Notes under the pieces: generated by a model
What the model was told of the DNA's origin: nothing
Database searches by the model: none
Seen by the model: only the letters and a program-made list of their open reading frames with translations
Shown here: positions 60,781 to 64,000 of the stretch, one piece after another
Layout: the number at the start of each line of letters is the position of its first letter
How positions within the stretch are numbered: the stretch's first letter is position 1
Assembly (NCBI RefSeq): GCF_006345805.1
Contig: NC_043006.1
Coordinates: forward strand, 39,928,001 to 39,992,000
Length of the DNA stretch: 64,000 bases
Direction of reading: 5' to 3'
Origin: Octopus sinensis
Taxonomy: Eukaryota
Translations under genes and position numbers: made by a program

Positions 60781-60945
60781 CAATTATTGGTACTACTGCT
60801 ACCCTTTTCATCGACCACAACTGCTTCACCTCCCAAGCTAACCTGTCATATCTATTGACTTTTCTTTCTTCCTTATCGCATACGTTGTTGTCAGCTGGAC
60901 AAGTTATATCTATGATCCAGCATCGTTTGCTTTCTTTCTCCATTA
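60781..60945 (-). mobile_element. R4/Dong RLE-domain fragment
   Basis: EKESKRCWIIDITCPADNNVCDKEERKVNRYDRLAWEVKQLWSMKRVAVVPII aligns to KVCLLIDMSIPCDHNILAKEFDKLRKYKDLLIETEKMWHLKAVTIPVI at 31 kb. It adjoins an (ATT)n tract. Confidence 0.8.
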
Positions 60946-60965
60946 ATACTACTATGATTATTATA

Positions 60966-61003
<38 letters not shown>

Positions 61004-61809
61004 CATTATTATTACGGAGATGTACTTGCATAGTAAGTGTCCTGATCTGAGATCGTGTGCTGGAACGAAAACAATTGCAGCGTGGAAGGTGTTTATAAGC
61101 CATTTAAGATACACACAAAAACCGTTAGATTCACTTCAACATTTGAATTTAATTTGCCAAAATATTTTCGTCGCTTTGAGACCGCGACCTATTCACTGAC
61201 AAAATTCCGTGCTGCATTATTATTATTATTGACGCGGCTAACAGGCAGAATATTGAGCACGTCGGACAAGTATTTATGGTAATTATTTCCATTCTTTACC
61301 TTCTGAATTCGAATCCGTCCTACTTAGATAAATTTTACCTTTTATCTAGTCGGGTTTGATGGAATAAAGCATCAGTTAAGTGCTGTGGTCAGTATAATCG
61401 CTTTGTGTCACCTCACTTAAAGTTACTGACCTTTTGCCAAAATTAGAATCATTGGCTTGCTTAGATTTTGGTAACGACATCTCATATATAGGGAAGGCGC
61501 GTGGTTTAATGGTTAGGGTAAACGGCTCATGATCGTAAGGAGATGAGTTCGATTCCTTGTAGCACATTGTGTCCTTGGGAAAGGCACTTTATTTCACGTG
61601 GCTCCAGACCGTTCGGCTGGCAAAAATGAATAGTACCTGTAATTCAAAGGACCGGCCTTGTCACATTCTGTTTTATGCTGAATGTCTCTGAGAACTGTAA
61701 AGTGCTCAGCCACTCACACATATATTCTCCGAGGAGACTATTCCGTAGATCGGATCAACAGGAACCCTCGTCATCGAAAGCGATGGAGCGCCAGTTATCT
61801 CGTATATAT

Positions 61810-62101
61810 GTTTGTTATTTGTTCCTTCTCGAAACGCCTGGCTCATAAGGGCCGGTTTCCTGGTTTCCTTGGCGTATAGGTTCCCCACCTGGACGGGACG
61901 CCGGTCCGTCACAGGTGAGCTGCAAGATGCATGAGGAAAGAGTGAGAGAAAGTTGTGGCAAAAGAGTCAGCAGAAGTTCACCATTACCTTCTACCGAAGC
62001 CGCGTGGAGCTTAGGTGTTTCGTTCATAAACACACACACCGCCCGGTCTGATATTCGAACCGCGAGTCCGCTGTTCTAACCACTAGGCCACGTACCTCCA
62101 C
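61810..62101 (-). mobile_element. SINE family C
   Basis: Reverse complement of the 19653-19955 element, with a short head deletion. Confidence 0.85.
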
Positions 62102-62249
62102 ATCTCATATATATATATATATATACAAAAAGAAAAAATAACAACTGGGAGATCTAACTTTAAACTGTTCAGTACATGGACAATATTTTCCATAGTGAAT
62201 GCGAGGTTCAAATATTGTGATAGTCGTTATTGAGTTTCAGGCGTAGCTG

Positions 62250-62437
62250 TGAGGAGGTGCATTCGTGGTTGTGTGATAAGAAGGTTGCTTCCCAATCACA
62301 TAGTTCTGGGTTCAGTCCCCTGTGTGACACCTCGGGCAAGTGTCGCCTACTATAGCCTTGGGTCGACCAAACCCTTGTGAGTGGACTTAATAGACGAAAA
62401 CTGAAAGACGCCTATCGCGCTCGGACGAGTGTGTGTG

Positions 62438-62470
<33 letters not shown>

Positions 62471-63200
62471 CCTGCACCACCGCTTGACAACTGCTGCTGG
62501 AGTGTTTACGTCCCTGTAACTTAGCAGCTCAGCAAAATAGACCGATAGAATAAATCCCAAGCTTAGAATAAAAATAAGGAAAGAGATCGATTCGCTAGAC
62601 TAAAAGCTCTTCCAGGCATTGACCCATCGATAGAATAAGTACTAGACATACAAAGAATAAATCCTAAAGGCGGTGCCCCAGCATGGCCGTAGTCTAATGA
62701 CTAAAACAAACAAAAAGATAAAAGATAATAAAGGAGTGGTTGTGTGGTAAGTACCTTGCTTTCCAACAACATGGTTCCAGGTTCAGTCTCACTGCGTGGC
62801 ACCTCAGGCAAATGCCTTCTACTAAAGCCTCGGGCCGACCAAAGCCTTGTGAGTAGATTTGGTAGACGGAAACTGAAAAAAGCCCGTCGTCTATGTGTGT
62901 GTGTCTCTGTGTGTATGCGTGTGTGTGTGTCTGTGTGTGCATGCGTGTGTGTGTGTCTCTGTGTGTATGCGTGTGTGTGTCTGTGTGCATGCGTGTGTGT
63001 GTGTGTCTGTGTTTGTCTCCTCCAGCATTGCTTGATAACAGATGCTTGTGTGTTTACGTCCCCGTAACTCAGCGGTTCGGCAAAAGTCACCGATTGAATA
63101 AGTACTAGACATACAAAGAATAAATCCAGGGGTCGATTTACTCGACTAAAGGCGGTGCTCCAGTATAGCCGCAGTCAAATGACTGAAACAAGCGAAAAGA
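62250..63200 (+). mobile_element. Two tandem SINE family B copies
   Basis: Two head, (TG)n and tail units (about 62250-62730 and 62735-63200). Confidence 0.8.
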
Positions 63201-64000
63201 TAACGGATAATAAATGATAATAAACATTTTAAAAAGCTACAACTTCGATGCATTACTTCTTTAAAGTTCTGAGAGTATTCTTGTACACAAGAATTTAATA
63301 CGTATCCGGAATTCTTATGTAAAAATATCTTCTGTGTGTTTCGATGTGTTTCTTTTTCAAATATTAAATGGTAGTATCTTATCAGCAGCATACCTGATAA
63401 TAAATCTTTTACGGAGAAGATATATTCGAAGACAAGTAGTATCTCTATGCGTGTTTCTTTGAACTCGCTAACCATTTCTTTTGAAGTTGGTTTGATGCAA
63501 CTGCTTCTCATCATTTGGACATCCTTATTCTATTTCACATTCGGTACGTACCCATAGTAAATACACCCTTTCAAGAACAGAATCCCTTTGTAACTTTTCT
63601 GTTTACGTTTTAAATTTAAGCATCATCCGGAAGCATTTGAAACTGGACATCAATCGTATTGATCTTGATAGAATAGTAAAGCGCTATCAACGGCCTACGT
63701 TCGCTTCCTATCTTCCTCAGACCAACTAAAAACAAAATAGTTATAGCAGCAGCATCTATAGCTTCAAAAACAGCAGTTAACGGTTAACAGTCTTGGCCAA
63801 GTCATTAAATGTAGATAAATCACTAAAAACAACTCTATGTTGATTATCTCCCTTGTTATGCGAACTCTTTTCCTCTCACTCTTCTCTTCTCCCCTTTTTT
63901 CCCTCTCTCTTCTCTCCCTTTCACTCACTCTCTTGCGCATATTCTGGCATTTAAAAAAAGTATTACTACATCACCCATCAGGAAAATAGAATTATGCTTG

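Noticed and set aside
63146-63514. 122-aa minus-strand ORF
   Set aside because: No motif, a poor acceptor, and its 3' part runs into a SINE tail.

Overview
This is AT-rich, microsatellite-dense eukaryotic genomic DNA. The SINE families and repeat landscape point to a cephalopod, probably octopus; this is inferred from recall, not from a search. I see no prokaryotic features, CRISPR array, rRNA or intact tRNA gene. Most of the window is intronic or intergenic repeat: several tRNA-derived SINE families, LINE relics (RTE, R4/Dong with restriction-like endonuclease, Penelope), DNA transposon relics (mariner, hAT, Helitron) and foldback/MITE elements. There is also one intact type I hammerhead ribozyme motif and a 13-bp minisatellite with an inverted block. 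A few isolated candidate exons may belong to an unidentified minus-strand gene (low confidence). The most unusual structure is at 24.4-28.3 kb. Two complete and one broken member of a diverged retroelement family encode only a gag-like ORF1 (RRM-like region, one CCHC knuckle, an extra C-terminal domain) and no ORF2. Both complete copies end in the same 3' stem-loop tail as the commonest SINE here. Both tails abut the same 13-bp sequence, which lies inside a homologous ORF1 and forms a perfect target-site duplication around copy 2. Together this suggests an ORF1-only, trans-mobilised and possibly self-targeting retroposon. Most ORFs in the supplied track are microsatellite artefacts. Repeat boundaries are approximate unless stated as exact.
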